From an uncultured Chloroflexia bacterium (GTDB lineage Bacteria; Chloroflexota; Dehalococcoidia; DSTF01; WHTK01): DNA of 64,000 nucleotides. The notes below the pieces were generated by a model. The model had not been told where the DNA came from and did no database searches. It was given only the letters and a program-made list of their open reading frames with translations. The position numbers were made by a program, and so were the translations under genes. Shown here piece after piece: positions 24,532-34,359 of this stretch. The stretch is taken from the NCBI GenBank assembly GCA_963703905.1, contig CAVPFY010000006.1:34918-98917 (forward strand), in the 5' to 3' direction. Positions within the stretch are counted from its first letter, which is position 1. Each line of letters begins with the position of its first letter.

Positions 24532-24896
24532 CGCGAGGTGTGGCTATGGCTGGTTCCCGGTGGGGAACTTGTGCAAGCCGGTGGTTATTCTGAGAAGAGC
24601 AATGCAATCCGATTCTTCACCCAGTAATAGTACGAACCCGGCGCAACGCCGGGCAATCGAGCGTGTCCAGAGGCGGCCTGCCGGCCAGTCCTGCACTTAT
24701 CACTTCATTATTTCAGGGAACTTGCCCCGGATCTGAACCTTCAGCCGCCGGCGCCCCTGAACTGCCGGCGGTGCAACGCTTCTGCTGCAATACCGTAAAT
24801 CACAGAGCGCGCCCTGTTGCCGGGCGCACGGGAGGCGGCCGTGAAGCGACTAACCCTGTCGAACTGCCTGGAATATGCGCGCGGGTGGTTCCGGCC

Positions 24897-25826
24897 ATGA
24901 TTACTATCTACAAGAGCACGGATCAGGGCCTGGAAGTCATCCCGGAGGTCACACGTGGGTGTTGGGTCAACGTAGTGGATCCGACCGCCGACGAGATCGC
25001 CCAACTGAAGGAATTGGGTATCCCGCCGGAGTTCATCACCTATCCGCTGGACTTGGACGAACGTGCCCGTGTAGAGCGCGAGGATGGCGAGTTGCTTATC
25101 CTGTTGCGCGCTCCGTTTTATCAAGGTCCGACGGCCGATATCCCTTATGCGACGATGCCGCTGGGCGTGGTGCTCGATAGCCAGTGGATCCTGACGATTT
25201 CGCGCCGTTCGACCGAAGTTCTGCAGGAGCTGGCCGCGGGGCGGGTGCGCGGTCTTTCGACAGCCAAGCGCAACCGATTCATCTTGCACCTGCTGCATCT
25301 GACGGCTTCCAAGTATCTCAGTTATTTGCGGGAGATTAACAAGGCATTGGACATCCTGGAGGATCAGCTCCAGGTCTCCACCCGCAACAAGGAGTTGCTG
25401 GGCATCCTGCGCTATCAGAAAAGCCTGGTCTATTTCACTGAAGCACTCAGATCGAATGAGCTAATGATGGAGCGTTTGCAGCGCGGCCAATTCTTCACCA
25501 CCTACCCCGATGACGAAGACCTGCTGGAGGACGCTCTGACCGAGAATCAGCAGGCCATCGCGATGACCAACATCACCACGGACATTCTCAGCTCGATGAT
25601 GGACGCCTTTGCTTCGATCATCTCGAACAACCTGAACATGGTGATGAAATTCCTGGCGGCGGCTACCATCATCCTGATGACCACGAATATCTTGTCTAGC
25701 TTCTGGGGCATGAACGTCGCTGTGCCGATGGCGAACTGGCCGTGGGCTTTTCCGGTCATCCTTGGTCTTTCGGTCTTGCTGGCCTTGCTGGTCGCGCGGA
25801 TCTTCATCCGGCGGGATTGGATGTAA
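24897..25826 (+). CDS. corA: CorA-family Mg2+/Co2+ transporter
   Basis: WVNVVDPT..E, LDLDERARVE, ASIISNNLNMVMKFL, and the signature GMN (FWGMNV) followed by a final TM helix. Confidence 0.92.
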   Translation: MITIYKSTDQGLEVIPEVTRGCWVNVVDPTADEIAQLKELGIPPEFITYPLDLDERARVEREDGELLILLRAPFYQGPTADIPYATMPLGVVLDSQWILTISRRSTEVLQELAAGRVRGLSTAKRNRFILHLLHLTASKYLSYLREINKALDILEDQLQVSTRNKELLGILRYQKSLVYFTEALRSNELMMERLQRGQFFTTYPDDEDLLEDALTENQQAIAMTNITTDILSSMMDAFASIISNNLNMVMKFLAAATIILMTTNILSSFWGMNVAVPMANWPWAFPVILGLSVLLALLVARIFIRRDWM

Positions 25827-25846
25827 GGCGCGAGACGGCGATTGAG

Positions 25847-25880
25847 GCGGGCCTGCCCAACGAGCAGGCCCGTTTTGTTG
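25847..25880 (+). terminator. Intrinsic terminator after corA (possibly bidirectional, as the CHAT gene converges here)
   Basis: GCGGGCCTGC-N7-GCAGGCCCGT followed by TTTG. Confidence 0.75.
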
Positions 25881-25886
25881 TGCGGC

Positions 25887-27226
25887 TCAGGAGGAGAGGC
25901 GTCTCTCGAGGGCTTCCAGACGGCTGGTGACAAGAGCCAGGCCGTAGTGGGCTGCCTCGCGGGCGTCGGGGTTCGGGTTATCCAGGTGTGTGCGATAGGC
26001 CTGTTCGGTGCGTTTTAGCGTCTTGCGCCATTGCTTCAACTGTGCCGGTTTGGCCAGCGCCCAATCTTCGCCCAGCGCCATGCTGGCCTGTAAGGAGCCG
26101 AGCATCAGGGCGGTTCGCGTCGGGTCGGCCCCACCCTGGTGGGCGACCAACTCCGACAGGTCGAAAATGATGCCGTCGGCAGCGTGGGTGTGCAACACCG
26201 GGGCGGCCCAGCCTGCGCTACGCGGGTAGAGCACGTACAGCATGTTCGCGCGTGAGCCAGCGCCACGTCTACCTGTCCGGCGTTTTCGCCCGTGCAGAGT
26301 TGTTGATAGAACTCGCGCGCGAAGGTGGCCGCTTCCTGGTCTACTACCGGGAATTGCATGGCGATCACAGCGGGCACGCCGCGCCGCGCCAACTGCGGCC
26401 CCAGACCCGCGAACGGCTGCCCGCGATCCACCCGTCCGACACTGCACGCATTTAGGACCACCAGGCGCAGTGAGTGGTGATTGTCTAGCAGCCGAGAGAA
26501 GCCATCACCATCCACCACATCGGGCTTGCCGTCTGAACCGTTCAGCGCTACGTAGCCCGTGCCATTCACAAATGCACCGTGGCCGCTGAAGTGGAGAATC
26601 GCGCATTTTTCTTCCAGCAAAGCATCCGATAGCGCCTGCCGGGTCACCGCGCCGTCCAGCACGCGCAGGCGGGCCAGATCCGGGAGCCCGGCGATGACAT
26701 CGGCAATGGCGACGTGCTCCTGTGCCAGAGATAGATCGGGCGCCGCGGGTAGAATGAGGAGGAACTCCACAGGCCAGTCCGTCTTTTGCTCTGTCAACGG
26801 ACCGAACTGCGCGACTTGATCCAGGTAACGGACGAGTGGGGTGCTAATGCTGGTGGCAAAGAAGTGATCGCGCCGCGGGTCGTACAGCAGCTCCCAGGGC
26901 AGGGCATTGATCTCCGGCGCATCCAGGCACAGCCGCACGCGCAGGCCGCGCCCCAGGCGCTCCGCTCGATCCCAGGCCACTCGCAGATGTGTTTCCACCT
27001 CGTCGGGGAAGAGCCAGCGAAACAAGGCTGCACCGGCTAGACGCAACGGCGCCAGGTCGGTTGCCTTGTCCGGTGGCTGCGGGACCGCCCCCAGCGTGTC
27101 CCAGAAGCCCTTCGCGAGGAGCGGCAACGATGCGGTGACGCGCCCCAACCCTTCGGCTTCGGCGGAGAGCGCGTAGTTCGTCTGCTGGCGTGGCGCTACG
27201 GTGAGAGTGAAGTTATTGTATGGCAT
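25887..27226 (-). CDS. CHAT-domain (caspase-like) protein with a C-terminal helical extension (one frameshift near 26250)
   Basis: LPWELLYD, ILHFSGHG (catalytic His), LVVLNACS (catalytic Cys), GVPAVIAMQFPV...A..FAREFY, WAAPVL. Confidence 0.88.
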
Positions 27227-27242
27227 GGGAGCGCTACTGGCG

Positions 27243-27271
27243 AGTATATGCAAAGGCGCACAAATTGACAA
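27243..27271 (-). promoter_or_regulatory. Putative promoter of the CHAT gene
   Basis: On the minus strand TTGTCA (27271-27266), N17, TATACT (27248-27243). Confidence 0.55.
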
Positions 27272-27293
27272 GGCGGGGCGGGGAGGCTACAAT
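27265..27293 (+). promoter_or_regulatory. Putative promoter of the DUF5656-like / proS-like genes
   Basis: TTGACA-N17-TACAAT. Confidence 0.7.
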
Positions 27294-27326
27294 TTCGCAG
27301 CCTCTGAGGCAGACAGGGAGTCAGGC

Positions 27327-28226
27327 TTGGTTGATTATCGGGATCGTGTAAGTGTGTTGGTCTGGGTGGTGCTGATTGGATTGGCCGCCCAGCGGTTTTT
27401 GGCATTGCCGACGCGCGTTTTTTCGGCAACGGTTCTCGGCTCGCCTATCACCCTCAACATCACAACGAATACGATCCTCGGCGCGTTGCTGGCGGCCCTG
27501 GTGGCCAGCGGAGCAGAGGCGGTGGTCCGCGCGTATCCGCACGCCCTGACTCCTGGCGCGGACCTGGGCGATTGGAACTCGATGAACGGCCGGTCGGGCA
27601 GCGCGTCGTCCGGGTACCCGCCGCTCCAGATCCCCCGGTTTGGCGTTGGCGGGCATTGGGTGTTCTGGGGCTTGCCAATCGCCCTGATCGGGGTGGCGCT
27701 GTTGCTGCTTCCGGTCGCCCCTTCCAGCACCTACTGGCTCATCGGCCTAGTGCTCACCGGTATCGCCCTGGGCGTCGCCATGGCAGGTATCTATTATACG
27801 ATTGACCCGTTCGCCGTCGGCTACCGCAGAGCGCACGTTGGCCTGAATACGTTGACCTATGCCGCCGCGCTCGTGCTCTTCCTGGTGGTCTATCGGACGC
27901 GTGTTCGCAGTATCGTTTCGGCCACCGAGATCACCCTGATCGGTGGCCTGCTGGCGTTGGAATTGCTGCGCGGCAGCGAGCGGCCCCTGTCGCAAGTCGC
28001 GCTCTATGCGGCCATCACCGGTCTCATCCTGGGCCAGGCCACCTGGGCGCTGAACTACTGGCGGCTGGACAGCCTGACGGGCGGCCTTGTGCTCCTGCTC
28101 CTGTTCTACAATGCGGTAGGGCTGGCGCAGAACGTGCTCCAGGGCCCCATCCGGCGGCGTGTCCTCATCGAGCACGCCCTGGTAACCGTCCTGGGGTTAG
28201 CCCTGACCTGGAGGTTTGCGCCGTGA
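27327..28226 (+). CDS. Multi-pass membrane protein, DUF5656-like
   Basis: About 9 hydrophobic segments; TTG start downstream of the promoter with SD GGGAG. The family call is from recalled resemblance (HP..., WALNYW, LLFY) and was not searched. Confidence 0.6.
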   Translation: MVDYRDRVSVLVWVVLIGLAAQRFLALPTRVFSATVLGSPITLNITTNTILGALLAALVASGAEAVVRAYPHALTPGADLGDWNSMNGRSGSASSGYPPLQIPRFGVGGHWVFWGLPIALIGVALLLLPVAPSSTYWLIGLVLTGIALGVAMAGIYYTIDPFAVGYRRAHVGLNTLTYAAALVLFLVVYRTRVRSIVSATEITLIGGLLALELLRGSERPLSQVALYAAITGLILGQATWALNYWRLDSLTGGLVLLLLFYNAVGLAQNVLQGPIRRRVLIEHALVTVLGLALTWRFAP

Positions 28227-28290
28227 GCCCCACGCTCGCGGGGTAAGATCCGCTCCTGAGGGTCGCCTTCTGGCCCGTAGGGAGGACTTG

Positions 28291-29929
28291 ATGCGCCTCT
28301 CACAACTCTTTTCGCAGACACTCCATACCACTCCCGGCGACGATCGGCTGCCCGGTCATCAGTTGCTGGTGCGCGGCGGGTTCGTGCGGCCGCTCGGCGC
28401 GCACGAGTTCGCATTTCTGCCGCCTGGCGTGCGCGTCCGCCGCCGGATTGAGGAGACGGCACGCGCACGGCTAGCGGCAAGCGGCGCGCAAGAGGTGGCG
28501 CTGCCGGGGTCCGGGGACACGCTGGACAATCTGCTTGCAACCACGCGTGCTGTGCTGCAATCCTACCGGCAGTTGCCGGTGTGGCTCTACCGGGTGGCGC
28601 CCGTTGCGAAGGAGGATGCTGCTGGGAGTGGGTTGTTCGGCTCGCAAGATGGCCGTGCCCTTGACCTCTATTGCCTGCATTTGGGTTCTGATGAATCGGC
28701 GACGACTTACCCGCAGGTAATGGCAGTGGTTGGGGATGTTGTGGCAGCCTGTGGCCTGGAAGGGTGGATCGTGGAGGCGGCTGACGCACCTGGCGGCGCG
28801 CCGGCCCTGGCAGCGCACGCCACGGTCTTGCCGCTGGCGGTGGGCGCGTTGGCCGTATTGCACTGTCCGACTTGCGGCTATGCCGCCAGCCAGGAGGCCA
28901 GCGCGCAGCGGGCGGGCTGCACTCGCCGCGGAACCGGCGTTACCCATCGAGCCTGTCGAGACACCCGACTGCAAAACCATCGCCGACCTGGCCCGATTCC
29001 TTCAGATTCCAGCAGCCCGCACGGCGAAGGCCGTCTTTCTGACCGCTGAGCCGGGGCAGAAGGGCGGGCAACTGATTTTCGCGGTGGTACGCGGCGACAC
29101 CGATTTGAACGAAACCAAGCTGCGTCGGGTGCTGGGAGCGCGTTCGCTGGCGCCTGCCAGCAGCGAAGCCATCCGGGCGGCCGGCGCGGAGCCGGGTTAT
29201 GGCTCACCTGTGGGCCTGAACGGCGTGACGGTGATCGTGGACGCCCTTGCAGCCGCGTCGCCGAACCTGGTCGCGGGCGCCAACCGCCTCGGTTATCACT
29301 TACGCAATGTGAATTATCCTCGCGACTACTCGGCCAACGAAGTTGCCGATATCGCTTTGACCCAGGTCGGCGACCCGTGCCCGGCCTGCGGTACGCCGCT
29401 GGCAACCGTTGCGGCTGCGGAGTTGGCCCGAGTCTCACGGATCGGTAACGGCCCGGCGCAGGCAGCGAACCTGACAGTGCTGGATGCCGATGGACGACCC
29501 GCTCCGGTATCCCTGGTGCAGGCTCGCATCTACCTCGACCACCTGCTGGGTGCTCTTGCCGAGGCGCACCACGACGCGCGCGGGCTGATCTGGCCCGCGG
29601 CAGTCACCCCGTATGACGTCTACCTGATGACGGCGGGCAAAGCACTGCCCGAGATTCTGGCAGCCGCCGAACGTCTGTATGAAGAGTTGACACTGGCGGG
29701 TTTCACCGTCCTCTATGACGACCGCGATGAGCGAGCGGGCGTGAAATTCAACGACGCGGATCTGCTTGGGCTGCCGGTGCGCATCGTGGTCGGTGAACGG
29801 GGATTGCGCGAAGGGGTGGTCGAGGTCAAACTCAGGTCAGGTGCCGGAGCCATGCCGGTGTCCCTGGCTGACATGTCGGCTCGATTGACGGAGATGTTGC
29901 GGTCGTCGCGCCCGGCCCCGGAGTTATAG
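28291..29929 (+). CDS. Prolyl-tRNA synthetase paralog with degenerate catalytic domain and retained INS editing and anticodon-binding domains (one frameshift near 28900)
   Basis: ProRS-like N-terminus MRLSQLF.QTL...P....HQLLVRGGFVR; SYRQLP; CPTCGYAA; INS domain TPDCKTI...KAV...VRGDTDLNETKL...GAEPGYGSPVG...GAN; C-terminus GLIWP....P..V...LYDDRDERAGVKFNDADLLGLP.R.VVG. Motifs 2 and 3 are substituted. Strong SD GGAGG. Confidence 0.85.
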
Positions 29930-30889
29930 CGGCGCGGCGGTGGTTGCATTCTCGGGCGATGTAGCCGTGGTGATTGCCGACCCCATGCCGGGGCGCAGGA
30001 GCAATACGGCGCTGAGGATGCAGGCCGTGCCCAACCACTGGCCCAAATCCAGGCGCTCGCCGAAGAACAGGTAGCCGAAGAGGGCCGCGACGACCGGCTC
30101 CCAAGTCGCGACGATGGCGGCCACGCTCACCGGGACCCACTGTACCCCGATGGCGAACGAGAGGCTCGCCAGGAGCGTCGGAACGAGGGCCATGCCGAGG
30201 AGCAGCCCGATGGACTCGGGCGAAGCGAAGCCGCGCGCCAGTTCGGCGCGCGGCGCCAGCGCCAGCAAAGTGCCGGCTCCGATAAGCAGGCCATACACCT
30301 GCACCACCCAGGGCCGGTTGCGCCGCACCAGCACCTTGTTGAAAATACTGTAAAGGCCATACGTCAAGCCTGCAGCCAGGCCCATCAGGATACCGGCAGC
30401 GTTCAGTCGGAGCAACGCCAGGTTATAGATGCGGGCCACCAGCGCTGCACCGAGCACTGCCAGCAATAGCGCTGCCACCCCACGCCGACCCAGGTGTTCG
30501 CCCATCCAGCGCGAGGAAATCACCGCCACCCAGGCCGGCGACGTATACAGCAGGACGGCCGCCACCGCCACGCCGGTCAGATGAATGGCATTGACATAAG
30601 TGACAAAGAAGAGCGCGACCCCGAATATGCCGTATGCCAGGAAGCCCAGCCAGTCGCGGCGAGGCACGCGCAGGTTCACGCGCAAGAGCAGCAGCACAAC
30701 CAGCAAGATGACGCCGCCAAGCGCCCCGCGCAGGGCCGCCGCAGCCAGTGGTGTCATGCTGTGGCGGTCAATCAGCAGCGTGTAGAAGACGCCGATGGTG
30801 GCCCAGAATGTAGCGGCAGTCAGGATGAGCAGGTAGCCGCGCACGGCGTTGTCTCTCAGCGCCGAGGGCGACGAAGATGATGAAGCCAT
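29924..30889 (-). CDS. EamA/DMT-family transporter
   Basis: 10 TM with two EamA repeats; LLYTSPAWVAV, WEPVVAALFGYLFFGERL. The start may be GTG 30844. Confidence 0.9.
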   Translation of the reverse strand: MASSSSSPSALRDNAVRGYLLILTAATFWATIGVFYTLLIDRHSMTPLAAAALRGALGGVILLVVLLLLRVNLRVPRRDWLGFLAYGIFGVALFFVTYVNAIHLTGVAVAAVLLYTSPAWVAVISSRWMGEHLGRRGVAALLLAVLGAALVARIYNLALLRLNAAGILMGLAAGLTYGLYSIFNKVLVRRNRPWVVQVYGLLIGAGTLLALAPRAELARGFASPESIGLLLGMALVPTLLASLSFAIGVQWVPVSVAAIVATWEPVVAALFGYLFFGERLDLGQWLGTACILSAVLLLRPGMGSAITTATSPENATTAAPL

Positions 30890-30939
30890 TGCGCACGATT
30901 ATATCCGGCCACGTCGGGCCGGCCAAAGAGGAGGTTAGG

Positions 30940-31911
30940 ATGGTATCGAAGCTGCTGTATCTTTCGCGGGCGGACGTGCAAGCGATCGGCGTTACTATGC
31001 CTGAGATCATCGCCGCGCTGGAAGTGGCCTTTCGAGAGCACGGCGGGGGGAAGGTGGAGATACCGCCCAAACCTGGCGTACATTCCCGCCCGGATGCTTT
31101 TATCCATGCCATGCCTGCTTATATCCCAGCGTTGCACTCTGTTGGGGTGAAGTGGGTGAGCGGCTACCCGGAGAACTACAAACACGGACTGCCCTACATC
31201 AGCGGGTTGCTCATCCTTAACGATGACGAAACCGGCTTGCCGCTGGCGGTGATGGACTGCACCTGGATCACGGGTGCTCGCACCGGCGCGGCGACTGCCC
31301 TGGCGGCGCGCTACCTGGCGCGGCCGGAATCCGAGACCGTGGGAGTGCTGGGTTGCGGCGTGCAGGGGCGGACCAACGTGGCGGCGCTGGCGGTGGCGTT
31401 TCCGCTGAAGCGAGTACGGGCCTACGACCGCACGCGCGCCAACGCCGAACGCTACGCCGCCGACATCCGCGAGCGTCATGGTCTCGAGGTCGAGGTGGTG
31501 TCTGAGCCGCGCCGGGCCGTGACGGGTTGCGACTTGGTGGTGACGGCGGGCCCTATCTTGCGGACTCCCCACGCAACCATTCAGCCCGGTTGGCTGGACG
31601 CAGGGGCCTTCGCCTCATTGGTGGACTTTGACTCTTACTGGTCGGGCGCGGCGATGCGCGAGGCTGACAAGTTTTGCACAGACGATGTGCCGCAACTCGA
31701 GCACTACCGCGAGATCGGCTACTTCCAGGACATTCCGCCCATCCACGCCAGCCTGGGCGAGTTGGTCACCGGCAAGAAGCCGGGCCGCCAGTCGGCGCGC
31801 GAGCGCACACTGGCCTGCAACCTCGGCCTCGCACTGGACGACATGGCGACCGCGCCGCTGGTCTATCGTGGTGCCGTGGATCGCGGCATCGGAACCTGGC
31901 TGGAGTTGTAG
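30940..31911 (+). CDS. Ornithine cyclodeaminase / mu-crystallin family protein
   Basis: HAMPAY, GVKWVSGYPEN, LNDDETGLPLAVMDCTWITGARTGAATA, GCGVQG, GLALDDMA. Substrate unknown. Confidence 0.9.
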   Translation: MVSKLLYLSRADVQAIGVTMPEIIAALEVAFREHGGGKVEIPPKPGVHSRPDAFIHAMPAYIPALHSVGVKWVSGYPENYKHGLPYISGLLILNDDETGLPLAVMDCTWITGARTGAATALAARYLARPESETVGVLGCGVQGRTNVAALAVAFPLKRVRAYDRTRANAERYAADIRERHGLEVEVVSEPRRAVTGCDLVVTAGPILRTPHATIQPGWLDAGAFASLVDFDSYWSGAAMREADKFCTDDVPQLEHYREIGYFQDIPPIHASLGELVTGKKPGRQSARERTLACNLGLALDDMATAPLVYRGAVDRGIGTWLEL

Positions 31912-31987
31912 CACTATCGGCTTGCAGTGCGCGCCGCACGCGTCTATCCGCCAGCCGCATCTCTGTCAGTCGGATCGTTGAGTCCGC

Positions 31988-33070
31988 TTACCTTCGAATG
32001 GGTACGTTTGTTGCCTCGGCCACGCGTGCCGCAAGCTGCCGGGGTTGACCTCGAAACGCTTCGAGTGGCGCTCGTCCCTCGGCCAGTTCGTGTAACGTTT
32101 GAGTGAGGGTATCGTTCACGGGACTGTGGACGCCCACCCGCTGCCCATATCGCGCCACCGCGCCGTTCAACCAGTCCACTTCGAGTGGGTTACCTGCTTC
32201 CAGGGCCAAACGAAGCGACGGCAGCTTAGAGCCGCGGCCGCCTATCACGAACCGATGCAAAACGCGCGCGAGCACTCGTGGCGGTAACTGCGCGGCCACC
32301 GGTAAGAATGCCCCCAGCGGATAGCCTCCTAGCGACACTGCTCGGATATCAAGTGCGCGCATGACGACAATCGCCTCCTGCCAGGCGCGCGCCTCCAGTT
32401 CCGCTGCTATGGGGTCAGACATGACTTGCGCCGGTGTCCAGCCGAGGATGGCGCACTGCGCGTTGGCAAGGAGGTTCATCAGCAGCTTGGTCCACTTCAG
32501 GCAGCGCGCGTCGGGGAATCGCCGGACGGTGAATCCAGCCCCGGTTAACGCGGCGGCGGCCGGCGCCATCGCCGGAGTCTCTCCGCTCCACGCTGCCAGC
32601 CCGATGTCGTAGCGGGCGCGGTGTACCTGCACCTGTCCCGGCTGTGGCACAGAGACCGGCGTATCTATCGCGCCGGCGAGGACGCGTTCCGGTCCGAACG
32701 CCTCGGCGAGCGCTTCTTCATTGCCGACGCCGTTCTGGAGGGTGAGGATCGGTGGGGGGACAGGCGTCGCGGCGCGCAGCTCGGCGATAACTTCAGCCGT
32801 GTCATAGGCTTTGACTGTGAGGAGCGCCAGGTCAAATGCGACGCCCGTGTCGCTCGCCTCGCTCATGGCAAATGCTTCTGCTAGGCTGCCAACCGCGTGA
32901 GCCGGAGCGACACGGGGCGCGGCGTCTGGTTCGATGAGGGTCAATCCGGCGCGGCGCACGGCCTCGACTAAGGCGGGACGGCCCACCAGCCAGACATCAT
33001 GCCCGGCCAACGCCAGTCGGGCTCCCACGAACGAGCCAACCGCGCCGGCCCCGATGACGAGGATGCGCAT
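31988..33070 (-). CDS. panE: Ketopantoate reductase family protein
   Basis: MRILVIGAGAVG, LTVKAYD, LTLQNGVGNEE, KWTKLLMN, EVDWLNGAV. Confidence 0.85.
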   Translation of the reverse strand: MRILVIGAGAVGSFVGARLALAGHDVWLVGRPALVEAVRRAGLTLIEPDAAPRVAPAHAVGSLAEAFAMSEASDTGVAFDLALLTVKAYDTAEVIAELRAATPVPPPILTLQNGVGNEEALAEAFGPERVLAGAIDTPVSVPQPGQVQVHRARYDIGLAAWSGETPAMAPAAAALTGAGFTVRRFPDARCLKWTKLLMNLLANAQCAILGWTPAQVMSDPIAAELEARAWQEAIVVMRALDIRAVSLGGYPLGAFLPVAAQLPPRVLARVLHRFVIGGRGSKLPSLRLALEAGNPLEVDWLNGAVARYGQRVGVHSPVNDTLTQTLHELAEGRAPLEAFRGQPRQLAARVAEATNVPIRR

Positions 33071-33077
33071 GGGAACT

Positions 33078-34359
33078 CTACGTCAGCCCGTACGCTTCGG
33101 CCAGCACCTCCACCGTGTGCACCACGTCCAGGCCCGTGTTGCGCCAGGTTCCAGCGGCAGGTCTCGTTGTCGCAGATGGCCAGATCGGCGCCCGATGCCA
33201 CGATCGGTCGAACAGCGGCTGGCCGACGGCGCTGGGCGATGTCGTACTTCTCGTGCTTGTAGCCGTAGGTGCCGGTGATGCCGCAGCAGTCGACGCCCAT
33301 CTCCTCGACGCGTCAGGCCCGGCACCAGCGCCAGCAGGTCGAGCGCGGGCCGGCCGATGCGGTGCAGCTTCTGGTGACAGGAGGTGTGGTACGGGAGGTA
33401 GCGTCCGTCTGCGGCACGAAGTCGGTCGCAGCCTTCCCGGCCTCGTGCTGCAGCCACAGGAACTCGTTGATGTCGTAGACGTGCTCGGCCAGCCAGCTTC
33501 GCCTCCGCCGTGTGGATGCCCAGCATCTCGCGGTAGTCCGACTTCAGCTCCAGCCCGCAGCTCGTGCCGCCGACCACGATGGGGATGCCCTGGGCCAGCG
33601 TAGGGCGCCAGCTTGCGGAGGTTGGCCCGCGCGTAGCGCCGCGCGCCGTCGAAGTCGCCGTTGGACTGCATCGGCAGGCCGCAGCAGTTCTGCTCCGGCA
33701 GGATGACCTCGAACCCGTTGTGCTCCAGCACGGCGACGATGGCCTTGCCGACCTCCAGTTCGTAGTGTTGGTGGCGCAGCCGTGGAAGTAGGCGACTTGT
33801 GGCGCACCTGGTCCGCGGCAGGCGCCTTCTCACGCTGGTGCTGGCCGAAGAACCAGCCGCGGAACTTGGTGAAGTGGAAGGTGGGGAACGGCGCGTCCCG
33901 GTCGATGCCGACCGTCTTTTCCATCAGCATCCGCACCGGCCGGAACCCCATCACCGGTTCGCGAGCGGCGCGACCCAGCCGCCCACCTGGCCGAGCACCT
34001 CGTTGCAGCCGAACAGCCAGTTGCGCCACCAGTTGCAGGTCGAGCGGATTCTCGCGCAACTGCTGTCTTGCGCAGCTCGGCCTTGGCCGCGGTGTTGATC
34101 TCCATCACCTTGACGCCGTGCGGGCAGACCAGCGTGCAGACGCCGCAGCCCGAGCAGTAGTCCAGCGAGTGATCGGGCGAGGGCGATTCCGGGGTCGCGG
34201 AAGCGCTGCGCCTGCGGGCCGACGTACTTCGGCCCCGGGAACAGGTCGGTGACGGGCACGACCGGGCACGCGCTGGTGCAGATGTTGCACTTGACGCACA
34301 GGTCGGCGGTGCGCCGGATGTCTTCGAGTAGCAGGAGTGTAGGTCATGTAGTGTCTCAC
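33078..34359 (-). CDS. glpC: Anaerobic glycerol-3-phosphate dehydrogenase subunit C (frameshifted)
   Basis: CVKCNICT..CP, FPGPKYVGPQAQRFR, CSGCGVCTLVCPHGV, CCG domains (QNCCGLPMQSNG; DCCGITGTYGYKHEKY). Confidence 0.9.

Noticed and set aside
24540-24890. M-box (ykoK) or c-di-AMP riboswitch upstream of corA
   Set aside because: I could not find the conserved core sequences by eye. Kept only as an unclassified leader.
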